Part shown: positions 1 through 11,269 of the stretch, piece by piece | Layout of the letters: each line of letters opens with the position of its first letter | Numbering within the stretch: position 1 is the stretch's first letter | From: an uncultured Planctomycetota bacterium | Lineage (GTDB): Bacteria; Planctomycetota; Planctomycetia; Isosphaerales; Isosphaeraceae | Assembly (NCBI GenBank): GCA_963845755.1 | Contig: CAWJTV010000011.1 | Coordinates: 768,001-832,000, forward strand | Reading direction: 5' to 3' | Length of the DNA: 64,000 nucleotides | Position numbers and translations under genes: made by a program | Notes under the pieces: model-generated | Databases searched by the model: none | Seen by the model: only the letters and a program-made list of their open reading frames with translations | What the model was told of the DNA's origin: nothing

Positions 1-623
1 CTGCCGGTCCGCGAGGCCTCGATCTTCAGCCGGGTCATCCTCGATCCGAGACAGAATACGTCGGTGACCTGGGCCACTCCTCAGCGGCACGGCCGGGTGC
101 GCAACGGTCGCTTCGAAATCCACGGGCTCGATCCCGATACCGAGGTCCCCGTCTACTTCCTCGAGCCGAAGCGCAAGCTGGGCGGCGCGGTGAATCTGTC
201 GGGCAAGTCGTCGGCCGGCGGGCCGGTCACCATCCGGCTCGAGCCCTGCGGAGCCGCCAGGGCGCGGGTCGTCGGTCCCGATGGCAAGCCGGTCGCGGGC
301 GTCTTGCCACGCAACACATCCAGATGGTCGTCACCCCCGGTCCAACCTCCAGCTCGGCGCCAGACCAGGCCGGCCTCACCTTCGCCGACGAGGCCGACCT
401 GTCCCAGATTGACGCGGTCAACTACAAGTCGGAGCTGGTCTCGGATGCCGAGGGCCGCATCACGCTCCCGGCCCTGATCCCGGGCTCGACGTATCGATTC
501 ATCGACTTCACCACGCGCCGGCGCGGTGTGGCCGGCCCTCAGGTCCGCAAGGAGTTCACCGTCAAGCCCGGCGAGACGCTCGACCTGGGTGATGTCCGGA
601 TCGAGAAGCCACGGCCACAGTAG
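1..623 (+). CDS. 3' end of ECF sigma factor/carboxypeptidase-regulatory-like repeat paralogue (copy 0; truncated by window start, frameshift near 320)
   Basis: GRFEIHGLDPD..PVYFLEPKRKLG..GPVTIRLEPCG and EFTVKPGETLDLGDVRIEKP match the C-termini of the four downstream paralogues. Confidence 0.85.
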   Translation, partial: AGPRGLDLQPGHPRSETEYVGDLGHSSAARPGAQRSLRNPRARSRYRGPRLLPRAEAQAGRRGESVGQVVGRRAGHHPARALRSRQGAGRRSRWQAGRGRLATQHIQMVVTPGPTSSSAPDQAGLTFADEADLSQIDAVNYKSELVSDAEGRITLPALIPGSTYRFIDFTTRRRGVAGPQVRKEFTVKPGETLDLGDVRIEKPRPQ

Positions 624-636
624 GGTGTTCTCCCCG

Positions 637-906
637 TCAATCCTGAGATCCGAGGAGTCGCTCACGAACCGATTCGATCGAGGAGACGCGACCACTCCGG
701 ACATCCTCGTGCGCGTGCTCCACCAGGTCCCGGAACGACGGATTACGTTCGATCAAACCCTCGAGGAACCCGGAATCGTCCGGACGGATGGGCAGCAGCT
801 CGAAGATCGGTTGGCCCTCCCGGGTCACGACCACGGGCGAGGTCTGGCACTCGTCCGCGTAGCGTTCAAGGTTCGCTTTCGCTTCCTTCAGGTCGATCAC
901 TGTCAT
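637..906 (-). CDS. Phd/YefM-like antitoxin
   Basis: MTVIDLKEAKANLERYADEC..PVVVTREGQP has the Phd/YefM N-terminal pattern; overlaps the upstream toxin. Confidence 0.75.
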   Translation of the reverse strand: MTVIDLKEAKANLERYADECQTSPVVVTREGQPIFELLPIRPDDSGFLEGLIERNPSFRDLVEHAHEDVRSGRVSSIESVRERLLGSQD

Positions 907-1213
907 GAGCCGTGTACTCCTTCCCCAGGACATAGAGCTGATTCCCTCGCTTCTCGCCCACCACGAGCACGTTCACGTTCACGGTCCGATCCTCTTCCGC
1001 GACATCGTACAAGACACGAGAGTCGCCCAGACGTAGTTCCCAGGTCGCCACTTCATTCGGACGCATGAGTTTGACGCGACGCGTCTCCAGTGTGGGCTGA
1101 TGGCGGCGGTGATTCTCGATACCATGGAGTACGATCCGCTGCGCGTATCGAGAGAGCCCGCCCAGATGTCTGGCCGCTTCATCCGCGATGTTGATAGCAT
1201 ACGCCTCGGCCAT
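866..1213 (-). CDS. RelE/ParE family toxin
   Basis: 115 aa; YAINIADEAARHL..WELRLGDSRVLYDV..VLVVGEK is RelE-like. Confidence 0.8.
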   Translation of the reverse strand: MAEAYAINIADEAARHLGGLSRYAQRIVLHGIENHRRHQPTLETRRVKLMRPNEVATWELRLGDSRVLYDVAEEDRTVNVNVLVVGEKRGNQLYVLGKEYTAHDSDRPEGSESEP

Positions 1214-1275
1214 GGGCGGGCTCGGAGATTGCGACGATCCTCCAATGCATTATGGCGCGTCCTTCGTTTTCCGGA

Positions 1276-1325
1276 CAACCCGGGACAAGCGGATCGGCAA
1301 CCGGGCAGTATCCGGCAAGGGATGA
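1276..1325 (+). promoter_or_regulatory. Conserved ECF-type promoter motif CAACCYGGGANA-N18-CAGTAY..GGGATGA (copy 1)
   Basis: Same bipartite motif with an identical 18-nt spacer precedes all four complete sigma genes. Confidence 0.65.
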
Positions 1326-1361
1326 GCAGGAACCCAGTTTGGCGTCAGGGAGCCCACGGGG

Positions 1362-4334
1362 ATGGCGAATCTGTTGACAGCATCCGTGGTCCGTCAGCTC
1401 GGTTCGCTCTTCGAGGGCGGCTCGGTCGCCGGGCTTTCCGACCGACAGCTCCTCGATCGGTTCGTCACCAGACGCGATGCCGCCGGTGAGGCGGCCTTTG
1501 CCGCACTGGTGGCGCGGCATGGACCGATGGTCCTGGGCGTCTGCCGGCAGCTCCTGGGCGATCGCCATCATGCCGAGGACGCCTTCCAGGCCGTCTTCCT
1601 CGTGCTGGCGCGCCGGGCGCGGTCGATCCGCGACCCCGACCTGCTGGGCAACTGGTTGTATGGCGTGGCGCTGCGGACCGCGCGCAAGGCGAAAGGCCGG
1701 CTGACCCGCCGGCGTCGGAACGAGGAGGAGGCGGTCCTGAGACTTCCGGAGTCGCGACTTCGTCCCGGCCGATCACGCCGCGATCGTTCGCGAGCAGGCC
1801 GAGGCCCTGCACGACGAGGTCGAGAGATTGCCGGTCGTCTTTCGTATGCCGGTCGTGCTCTGCTACTTCGAGGGGCTCTCGCTCGACGAGGCGGCGCGAC
1901 GGCTGGGCTGTCCGGCCGGGACCGTGCACAGCCGCCTGGCCCGGGCGCGCGACAAACTCCGCCGCGGCCTCACCCGCCGCGGCGTCGTCTTGCCCGCCGC
2001 CGCACTCGCCGCGATCCTCGAAGCCAAGACCGTGTCGGCCTCCGTGTCGGCCTCCGTCTCATCCTCCCTGTGCGGCATCACAACCCAGGCCGCGATTGAG
2101 TTTCGCGGCCGGGCAGGCCAGCCTCGGCCTCCGCGTCGCCCTGGCCCAGGAGGTGCTGAGATCCATGCTGGTCCAAAAAATAAAACTCGTCACTTTGACC
2201 TTGCTTGTTCCTCGGCGCCGTCGTCAGCGTCGCGGGCTCTCTGGCTCACGCCCTGGCCATGAACGATGAACCCAAGCGTTCCCCGGCCGGGCCACAACCG
2301 CCGATCGCCGCGAAGACCGGACGACGCCGACCCGAAGCCGGCGCCGGGCCGGATGTTCGTCGTCGGCCGCGTGCTCGATCCGTCGGGCAAGCCGGTGCCG
2401 AGCGCGACGACCATGGTCTACGCGCGGAGCAAGGCGCTGGGAATTCACCGAGCATGTCGCGGATGAAGCCAGGTCCCCATCGGCGATGCCCGCGCCGACG
2501 GAGCGGGACGGTTCCGCATCGACGCCCCGCGGATCTCGTCGTCGCGGTACGATCAGTTCGGCGCCGTCGCGATCGCGCCCGGCTATGGCGCGGGCTGGGT
2601 CGACCTCGACCCCGACGCCGATCGGCCGGCCGCCGACATCACGCTCCGGCCCGAGCAGGTCATTCAGGGCGGGCGTTTGACCTGCAGGGCCGGCCGGTCG
2701 CGGGCGTCGCGATCGTGATCGAAGTGATGGGTCGAGTGAAGAGCCCTGACCTGGGCAACCGGAACTGGACTTCGCGGAGTGCTCTTCTGGTGGCTCGAAC
2801 CCCCGGCCTACCCGCGTGGCCCAAGCCGGCGACCACCGACGCCGAGGGACGATTCGCCATCCACGGCGTCGGACGGGGCTTGCGGGTCGTTCTCCGACCG
2901 ATGACCCGCGATTCGCCACACAGCGAATCGTGGTCGATACGGACGACGGACCCACCGAAGCCATGACCATGGCGCTGGAGCCTGCCAGGATCATCAAGGG
3001 ACGCGTGACTTATGCCGACACCGGTAGGCCCGTTCCGCATGCGCTGCTCGGGGCCCAGGTCGTATACAGGTAGTGCCGGCCTCACGGAATTCGAGACCGA
3101 CGCCGAGGGTCGGTTCCGCATCAATCCCTCATCCGGCGATGTCTATTTCGTCCTGGCCTATCCCCCCGCGGGTGAACCCTACCTGACCACGAGTCATCGC
3201 CTCGACTGGCCCAAGGGCGCGGTCGAGCAGTCGCTGGACCTGGCCCTGCCGCGCGGCGTTCTGATCCACGGTACAGTCACCGAGGAAGGATCCGGCAAAC
3301 CTATCGCGGGCGCGGCGATCCGCTTCATCGCGTTCGAGGAGCGGCAACTCAACGCCGCCCTGCGGAGCGGCAGCTCCGTCCTTGACACCGGAGCCGATGG
3401 CTCGTTTCGATTCGGGGCCCTCGCCAGCCCGGGCTATCTCTCCGTCATGGCCCCCAATGACGATTACGTCTTCCAGGAGATCAGCCGCCGGATGGTTGTC
3501 GATGGCCATCCCGGTGGCCGGCGGTTCTATTCGCATGCCAACATCCGGCTGGACCTGAAGCCGGGCGTCGGCGAGAAGGAAGTCCGCGTCACGCTCCGGC
3601 GTGGGATCACGGTGAGAGGTCGGGTTGTCGGGCCGGACGGCCAGCCGGTCCACGATGCGCGGATGATCAGCCGGGGCCTCCTCCAACCGTCACCCAGTCC
3701 CTGGCGGTTCTGGCTGGTCGACCACGCCTACGGCCACGTGCGCGACGGACGGTTCGAAGTCCACGGGCTCGACCCCGATGCCGAGACCCCTGTCCATTTC
3801 CTCGAGCCGAACCGCAAGCTGGGCGCGACGGTGATCCTCTCGGGCAAGTCGATCGCCCTGATGACGATCGCGAACCGCTCAGGTGGGATTGCGGCGGGCG
3901 CGACGGATGGTTTCTCGGACAAGGCCACGACCCGTGGGCCGATCACCGTCCGGCTCGAACCCTGCGGCGCCGCCAAGGCCCGACTGGTGGAACCCGACGG
4001 CAAACCGATCGCGGGACGTCCACTCCGTCGGGTCGTCACGATGGTCGTCACTCCCGGTTCACTCGGCACTCTCGCGAACGAGAAGGCCGGCCTCCTCGCC
4101 GCCGACGAGGCCTACCTGAACCAGGTTGACCCGGTTGACTACGAGAATCCGCCCGCGTCCGATGCCGACGGCCGCATCACGCTCCCCGTCCTGATCCCGG
4201 GCGCGACGTATCGCCTCGTCGACTTCACGACCGCCCGCGATCCGGGAGGTCCTCAGATCCGCAAGGAGTTCACCGTCAAACCCGGCGAAACCCTCGACCT
4301 GGGCGACATCCGGATCGAGAAGCCGGAGCGATGA
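1362..4334 (+). CDS. ECF sigma-70 factor with TM helix and long extracytoplasmic carboxypeptidase-regulatory-like (beta-sandwich) repeats, ECF57-like (copy 1; frameshifted)
   Basis: Region 2 (RHGPMVLGVCRQLLGD.HHAEDAFQAVFL) and region 4 (VVLCYFEGLSLDEAARRLGCPAGTVHSRLARAR), hydrophobic segment, GRV.DP.GKPV and TDAEGRF repeats. Confidence 0.88.
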
Positions 4335-4388
4335 CCGATGCGGCGATCCCATCTGGGTTTCCATCGCGGATTCGCCGATAATCGAACT

Positions 4389-4439
4389 CAACCCGGGATA
4401 AACGGGGCCTCGGCACCACAGTATCTCGCGAGGGGATGA
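4389..4439 (+). promoter_or_regulatory. Conserved ECF-type promoter motif (copy 2)
   Basis: CAACCCGGGATA-N18-CAGTAT-..-GGGATGA. Confidence 0.65.
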
Positions 4440-4452
4440 GAAACGATCGGAC

Positions 4453-4615
4453 TGATTCACCACAGAGTCACAGAGAACACAGAGAAAACCGTCTGCTGCA
4501 TCCTGGTCTCGTCGAGCGCCTGGGAATCGCCTCCTGCCGGAGGATCGCACCGAAGACCAGGATTGGCGAGTCATTCTGTCTTCTCGGTGCTCTCTGTGTC
4601 TCTGTGGTGAGTCAT
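4453..4615. repeat. Inverted CACAGAG-type repeat element (MITE-like) in the 5' leader
   Basis: tgattcaccacagagtcacagagaacacagag ... ctcggtgctctctgtgtctctgtggtgagtca; a second member lies at about 15872-16053. Confidence 0.75.
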
Positions 4616-4652
4616 CCGGGTCTTCGACGTTTCGCCGAGAGAGTCTGCGTTC

Positions 4653-7518
4653 ATGGCGTACCTGGCATCGGGGTCGTTGGTCCGTCAACTCGGTTCGCTC
4701 TTCGAGGGCGGCTCGGTCGCCGGGCTCTCCGACCGGCAGCTCCTGGAACGGTTCAGCACCGGCCCGCGCGATGCCATCGCCGAGGCGGCCTTTGCCGCCC
4801 TGGTGACCCGGCACGGGCCGATGGTCCTGCACGTCTGCCGGCAGACCCTCGGCGACCAGCACCATGCCGAGGACGCCTTCCAGGCGGTCTTCCTCGTGCT
4901 GGTCGCAAGGCCCGGTCGATCCGCGACCCCGACCTGCTGGGAAACTGGCTCTATGGGGTCGCGCCTCCGCACGGCCGCAGTGCGCCCGGCTCCAGCTCGC
5001 CCGCCGGCGCCGGCGCGAGGAGGGCGAAACTATGAGGCGAGGTGGTCCTGGTCCGGGCTGGTCGGCCCCGGTCGAATCGACGGTCCCGCCGGCCGAACAG
5101 CCGGTCCTGGACCGCGAGCAGGCCGAGATCCTGCACGACGAGATCAGCCGCTTGCCGAAGTCGTTCCGCCGGCCGGTGGTGCTCTGCTATTTCGAAGGGC
5201 TCACGCTCGACGAGGCCGCGCGGCGGCTCCGCTGCCCGGCCGGCACGCTCCGCAGCCGATTAGCCCGGGCGCGCGACAAGCTCCGCCGCGGCCTCACCCG
5301 CCGCGGCATCGTCTTGCCCGCCGCCGCCCTGGCCGCAGCGTTGAGCCACCGATCGGCCTCGGCATCCGTCTCATCGCCTCTGTGCGACATCACGACCCGG
5401 GCCGCGATCAGCTTCGCGGCCGGAGACGCCGCCGCGCCCGCCGCGACGGCCCTGGCCCGGGAGGTGCTAAGGTCCATGCTGATTCACAAGTTGAAGCTCA
5501 CTGTGCTGACGATCCTGTTCCTCGGCGCCGTCGCCAGCGGCGCGGGTTCATCGGCCAGGCACCGGAGCGTCAGGCTGGGAAGCCCGACGAGCAAGACCGT
5601 CAGGCTGGAAAGCCGGACCTACGACCGGCCCCGGGCCGGATGTTCGTCGTCGGCCGCGTGCTCGATCCTCAGGGCAATCCGGTGCCGGGCGCCGCGGTGA
5701 TGGTCCATGCGCGGCTCAAGCTGTCGGGACGGGGCGACCCGTACGCGAGATTGAGTCCGGTCCCGATCGGCCACATGGAGAGCGACGGCTCGGGCCAGTT
5801 CCGGATCGATGCGCCCCGTCTCTCATCGTCGCGGTATGACACGTTCTGCGCCGTCGCCCTGGCCCCCGGCTATGGCGTCGGCTGGGTCGAGCTCGATCCC
5901 GACGACGATCAGCCCACCGCCGACATCGCGCTCCGCCCCGAACAGGTGATCCACGGCCGCCTCTTCGACCTGCAAGGCCGGCCCGCCCGGGACGTCACCG
6001 TCTCGGCCGCGTCCATCGGCCGCGACCTTCCCGATGATTCGGCCTCGCGTGGTCGGCGCTTCGAAGGGCTCTCTTATCGATGGACAAATCTTAATCATTT
6101 CCCGGCCTGGCCCAAGCCGGCGACCACCGACGCCGACGGCCGCTTCACACTTCGTGGCGTGGGTCCGGACTCGCGTGTGCGCCTCACCGTCAACGATCCC
6201 CGGTTCGCCCTGCAACGCATTCAGGTCGACACGGATCGCGCCTTGGATTCCAAGCCGCTGACGATGGCACTGGCTACCGGCCCAGACCATCACCGGCCGC
6301 GTGACTTATGCCGACACCGGCCGGCCGGTTCCTCATGCCCGGCTCGAGGTCGGGGCGACCCATAAGGGCGCAACCCAACCCCTCGAATACGAGACCGACG
6401 GCGAGGGACGATTCCGCGCGAATCCCTCGCCAGGTGACCGCTATAGCGTCTCGGCCTATCCCCCGGAAGGGCAGCCCTACTTGGGCGCTGGCCAGTCTTT
6501 CGAGTGGCCAAAAGGGGCGGTCAAGCATTCGGTCGACCTGGCCTTGGCTCGGGGCGTCGTGATCCGCGGCAGGGTCACCGAGGAAGTTTCCGGCAAGCCG
6601 GTCGCCGATGCGAGGGTCTGGCTCACGGGACGGCGCTCGACCGACCGTTCGAATTCACGCAACGCCGAGAGCTGTTCGGGTCCGGATGGCTCGTTCCTGC
6701 TCGCGGTCCAGGCCGCACCGGGCTATCTCGTCGTCGAGGGACCCAGCGACGATTACGTACTCCGGGAGCTCGGCCAACAGATGATCAGCCAGGGCCGGCC
6801 GGGTGGCCAGCGCGTGTACTCTCACAGCTTCATCGCCTGCGACCCCCGATCCGGCAGCAACGGCCTGAAAATCAACGTCGTGCTCCGCCGAGGCATCACC
6901 GTGCAGGGGCGAACCCTCGCGCCGGATGGACAGCCCACCCAGGACACCCGCCTGTTCAGCCGGATCCTGCTCGAACCGTATCCCATACCCTGGCGGAGTT
7001 GGAGCTTTTCTTCCCGTATTGGCACAGTGCGCGACGGCCGTTTCCAGATCCACGGGCTCGACCCCGACATCGCGGTGCCCGTCTACTTCCTTGAGCCGAA
7101 GCGCCGGCTCGGCGCCACGGCCCATCTTTCGGGCAAGTCGGCGGCCGGCGGGCCGGTCACCATCCGCCTCGAACCGTGTGGCACGGCCAAGGCTCGACTG
7201 GTCGAATCCACGGGCAAGCCGATCGCCGGATATCGCGGTTCGCGCCTGATCGCGGTGGTCGTCACTCCCGGCTCGTTGTCCAGCCGCCGACCCCAACCGA
7301 ACGATGACCGCCTGGCAGCCGATGTCGCGAGCATGGGGGAAATCGACCCGATCGACAACGGGAATGGGCCGGTGTCCGATGCCCAGGGACGGATTGCGCT
7401 CCCTGGCTTGATCCCGGGCGCGACCTATTGGGTCTCCCGACTCGGTAAGGAATTTACGGTCAAGCCTGGCCAGACCCTCGACCTGGGCGATATCTTGATC
7501 GAAAGACCACGACCGTAG
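4653..7518 (+). CDS. ECF sigma factor with extracytoplasmic repeats (copy 2; frameshifted)
   Basis: Same architecture as copy 1, reconstructed from ORFs 4653, 4864 and 6301. Confidence 0.88.
5568..5623. repeat. REP-like palindromes (CGTCAGGCTGGAAAGCCTGACCTAC family) translated in frame
   Basis: Two tandem units encode RQAGKPD..RQAGKPDLR; same family at 8568, 12164, ~42530 and 51133/53466. Confidence 0.75.
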
Positions 7519-7593
7519 AGTGGGTGGAGCTGAACCCCTGTCGGCGCAACCCCTCGATCGGCCGAGCCTTGCGTCAGGCGCATTTTTCGGACC

Positions 7594-7644
7594 CAACCTG
7601 GGATACGATGACCTAGGGCGCAACAGTACCTCGCGTGGGGATGA
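7594..7644 (+). promoter_or_regulatory. Conserved ECF-type promoter motif (copy 3)
   Basis: CAACCTGGGATA-N18-CAGTAC-..-GGGATGA. Confidence 0.65.
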
Positions 7645-7671
7645 GTTTCACTTCCAGAGAGGTCCGCGGTC

Positions 7672-10517
7672 ATGGTGTATCTGGCATCGGGGTCGTTGGT
7701 CCGGCAACTCGGGCTCGCTCTTCGAGGGCGGCTCGGCCGCCGGGCTCTCCGACCGGCAACTGCTGGAGCGGTTCAATGCGCGGTCGCGATGCCGGCGCCG
7801 AGGCGGCCTTCGCCGCCCTGGTGACCCGGCACGGACCGATGGTGCTGGGCGTCTGCCGGCAGCTCCTCGGCGATCGACACCATGCCGAGGACGCCTTCCA
7901 GGCCGTCTTCCTCGTCCTGGTCCGCAAGGCGCCGGTCGATCCGCGATCCCGACCTGCTGGGAAACTGGCTCTACGGCGTGGCCCTCCGCACCGCCCGGTG
8001 CGCCCGGCTCCCGGCTCGCCCGTCGTCGCAGGAACGAAGTCTGACCCCGGCGACGGTCCGCCAGCCCCGGTCGAGCCGACCGTCCCGCCGGCCGAGCAGG
8101 CCGTCCAGGCCCGCGAGCAAGCCGAGGCGTTGTACGACGAGATCGAGCGGCTGCCCACGGCCTTCCGACTGCCGGTTGTTCTGTGTTACCTCGAGGGCCT
8201 CACCGTTCACGAGGCGGCGCGACAGCTCCGATGGCCACACGGCACGGTCCGCAGCCGGATGGCCCGGGCACGCGAAAAGCTCCGCCGCGGCCTCACCCGC
8301 CGCGGCATCGTCTTGCCCGCCGCCGCCCTGGCCGCAGCGTTGAGCCACCGATCGGCCTCGGCATCCGTCTCATCGCCTCTGTGCGACATGACCACCCGGG
8401 CCGCGATGAGCTTCGCGGCCGGAGACGCCGCCGCGCCCGCCGCGATGGCCCTGGCCCGGGAGGTTCTGAGGTCCATGCTGATTCACAAGTTGAAGCTCAC
8501 TGTGCTGACGATCCTGTTCCTCGGCGCCGTCGCCAGCGGCGCGGGGTTCATCGGCCAGGCACCGGAGCGTCAGGCTGGGAAGCCCGACGAGCAAGACCGT
8601 CAGGCTGGAAAGCCTGACCTACGACCGGCCCCGGGCCGGATGTTCGTGGTCGGCCGCGTGCTCGATCCTCAGGGCAATCCGGTGCCGGGCGCCGCGGTGA
8701 TGGTCCATGCGCGGCTCAAGCTGTCGGGACGGGGCGACCCGTACGCGAGATTGAGTCCGGTCCCGATCGGCCACATGGAGAGCGACGGCTCGGGCCGGTT
8801 CCGGATCGATGCGCCCCGTCTCTCATCGTCGCGGTATGACACGTTCTACGCCGTCGCCCTGGCCCCCGGCTATGGCGTCGGCTGGGTCGAGCTCGATCCC
8901 GACGACGATCAGCCCACCGCCGACATCGCGCTCCGCCCCGAACAGGTGATCCACGGCCGCCTCTTCGACCTGCAAGGCCGGCCCGCCCGGGACGTCTCGG
9001 TCTCGGCCTTTTCCATCGGCCGCGTCCTTCCGGGAGATCCGCGCCTGCCCCGTGCGCGGTTCGAAGGGCTCTCTTATTTCTGGACACAAATCAATGACTT
9101 CCCGGCCTGGCCCAAGCCTGCGACCACCGACGCCGACGGCCGCTTCACCCTGCGCGGCGTGGGCCGGGACCTGCGTGTTCTCCTCACCGTCAATGATCCC
9201 CGGTTCGCCCTGCAACGAATTCAGGTCGAGACGGATCGCACCTCGGATTCCAAGCAACTGACGATGGCACTGGAGGCCGCTCAGATCATCACCGGCCGCG
9301 TGACGTATGCCGACACCGGTCGGCCGGTTCCTCATGCCCGGCTCGAGATCGAACCGATTCTGAGGGGCGCAACCCGACCCCTCGGATACGAGACGGATGG
9401 CGAAGGACGCTTCCGGGTGAATCCGTCGCGAGGTGACCGCTGTGTCGTCAAAGCCTTCCCCCCGGAAGGGCAGCCCTACCTGACCGCCCGCCAGGATTTC
9501 GAGTGGCCCAAAGGGGCGATCGAGCATCCGGTCGACCTGGCCCTGTCTCGGGGCATCGTGATCCGCGGCAAGGTCACCGAGGAAGGCTCCGGCAAGCCGG
9601 TCGCGGAGGCGAGAGTCTGGTTCCATGGACGGCGCTCGACCGACCGTTCGAATCCGCGCGTGGAGATGAGCGGCTCGGGGCCGGACGGCTCGTTTCTCCT
9701 CGCGGTCCCCACCTCCCCGGGCTATCTCGTCATCGCGGGCCCCAGCGACGATTACGTACTCCGGGAGATCGGCCGGCGGATGCTGGACGAGGGCCTGCCG
9801 GGTGGCCGGCGCATGTACTCCCACGGCTTCATCGCCTGCGATCCCCGATCCGGCAGCAAGGGCCTGGAAATCAACGTCGTACTCCGCCGAGGCATCACTG
9901 TGCAGGGTCGGGTCCTGGCGCCCGATGGGCAGCCAACCCAGGAGACCTGGATGTTCAGCCGGATCATGCTCGATCCCGCTCCCGTATCATGGCGGATTTG
10001 GGGGGTTCCTTCCAATTACGGCACGGTGCGCAACGGCCGCTTCCAGGTCCACGGACTCGACCCCGACATTGAGGTGCCCGTGTATTTCCTCGAGCCGAAG
10101 CGCGGACTCGGCGCCGTGGCCCATCTTTCAGGCAGGTCGGCGGCTGGCGGGCCGGTCACCATCCGACTCGAACCGTGTGGCACGGCCAAGGCTCGGCTGG
10201 TCGACTCCATCGGGAAGCCGATCGCTGGATATCGTGGCTCGCGCCTGATTGCATTTGTCGTCACTCCCGGCTCATTCTCCAGTCGCCCCCAGGATAACGA
10301 TGGCCGTCTGGCAGCCGATGTTGCAGGCTTGAGCGAAATGGACCCGATCAACTTCGGGAATAGCCCGGTGTCCGATGCCCAGGGGCGGATTGCGATCCCG
10401 AGCTTGATCCCCGGCGCGACCTATCGGGTCTTTCGACTCAGTAAGGAATTCACCGTCAAGCCCGGCGAGACGCTCGAGCTGGGTGATGTCCGGATCGAGA
10501 AGCCACGGCCACGGTAG
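7672..10517 (+). CDS. ECF sigma factor with extracytoplasmic repeats (copy 3; 5' frameshifts)
   Basis: The 960-aa ORF covers most of the gene; sigma regions 2 and 4, TM helix and repeats are present. Confidence 0.9.
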
Positions 10518-10530
10518 GGTGTTCTCCCCG

Positions 10531-10800
10531 TCAATCCTGAGATCCGAGCAGTCGCTCACGAACCGATTCGATCGAGGAAACGCGACCGCTCCGGACATCC
10601 TCGCGCGCCCGCTCCACCACGTCCCGGAACGACGGGTCGTGTTCGATCAGGTCCTCGAGAAACCCGGAGTCGTCCGGACGAATCGGCAGCAGCTCGAAGA
10701 TCGGCTGACCCTCCCGGGTCACGACCACGGGCGACGTCTGGCACTCGACCGCATAGCGTTCAAGGTTCGCTTTCGCTTCCTGTAGGTCGATCACTGTCAT
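10531..10800 (-). CDS. Phd/YefM-like antitoxin (second copy)
   Basis: Close paralogue of 637-906. Confidence 0.75.
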   Translation of the reverse strand: MTVIDLQEAKANLERYAVECQTSPVVVTREGQPIFELLPIRPDDSGFLEDLIEHDPSFRDVVERAREDVRSGRVSSIESVRERLLGSQD

Positions 10801-11101
10801 GAGCCGTGTACTCCTTCCCCAGGACATAGAGCTGATTCCCGCGCTTCTCGCCCACCACGAGCACGTTCACGGTCCGTTCTTCTTCGGCGACATCATACAA
10901 GATACGATAGTCGCCCAGGCGGAGTTCCCAGGTCGCCACCGGATTCGGACGCATCCGTTTGACGCGACGTGTTTCTTGCGTGGGCTGATGGCGGAGATGA
11001 AGCTCGATGCCATCAAGTACAATCCGCTGTGCGTATCGAGTAAGCCCGCCCAGATGACTGGCCGCTTCATCCGCGATGTTGATCGCATATGCCTCAGCCA
11101 T
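10760..11101 (-). CDS. RelE/ParE family toxin (second copy)
   Basis: WELRLGDYRILYDV motif; close paralogue of 866-1213. Confidence 0.82.
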   Translation of the reverse strand: MAEAYAINIADEAASHLGGLTRYAQRIVLDGIELHLRHQPTQETRRVKRMRPNPVATWELRLGDYRILYDVAEEERTVNVLVVGEKRGNQLYVLGKEYTAHDSDRPTGSESEP

Positions 11102-11162
11102 GGGCGAACCCGGAGATTGGGACGGTATTCCCATGCATTATGACGCTCTTCCCTTTTCCGGA

Positions 11163-11213
11163 CAACCCGGGAGAAAATCATCGGCATCAGGGCAGTATCC
11201 CGTGTGGGGATGA
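11163..11213 (+). promoter_or_regulatory. Conserved ECF-type promoter motif (copy 4)
   Basis: CAACCCGGGAGA-N18-CAGTAT-..-GGGATGA. Confidence 0.65.
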
Positions 11214-11269
11214 AAACGACACCGCGTGCGACGCTCGGAACGATCTCGACCAGGAGAGGGCCTGACGGT

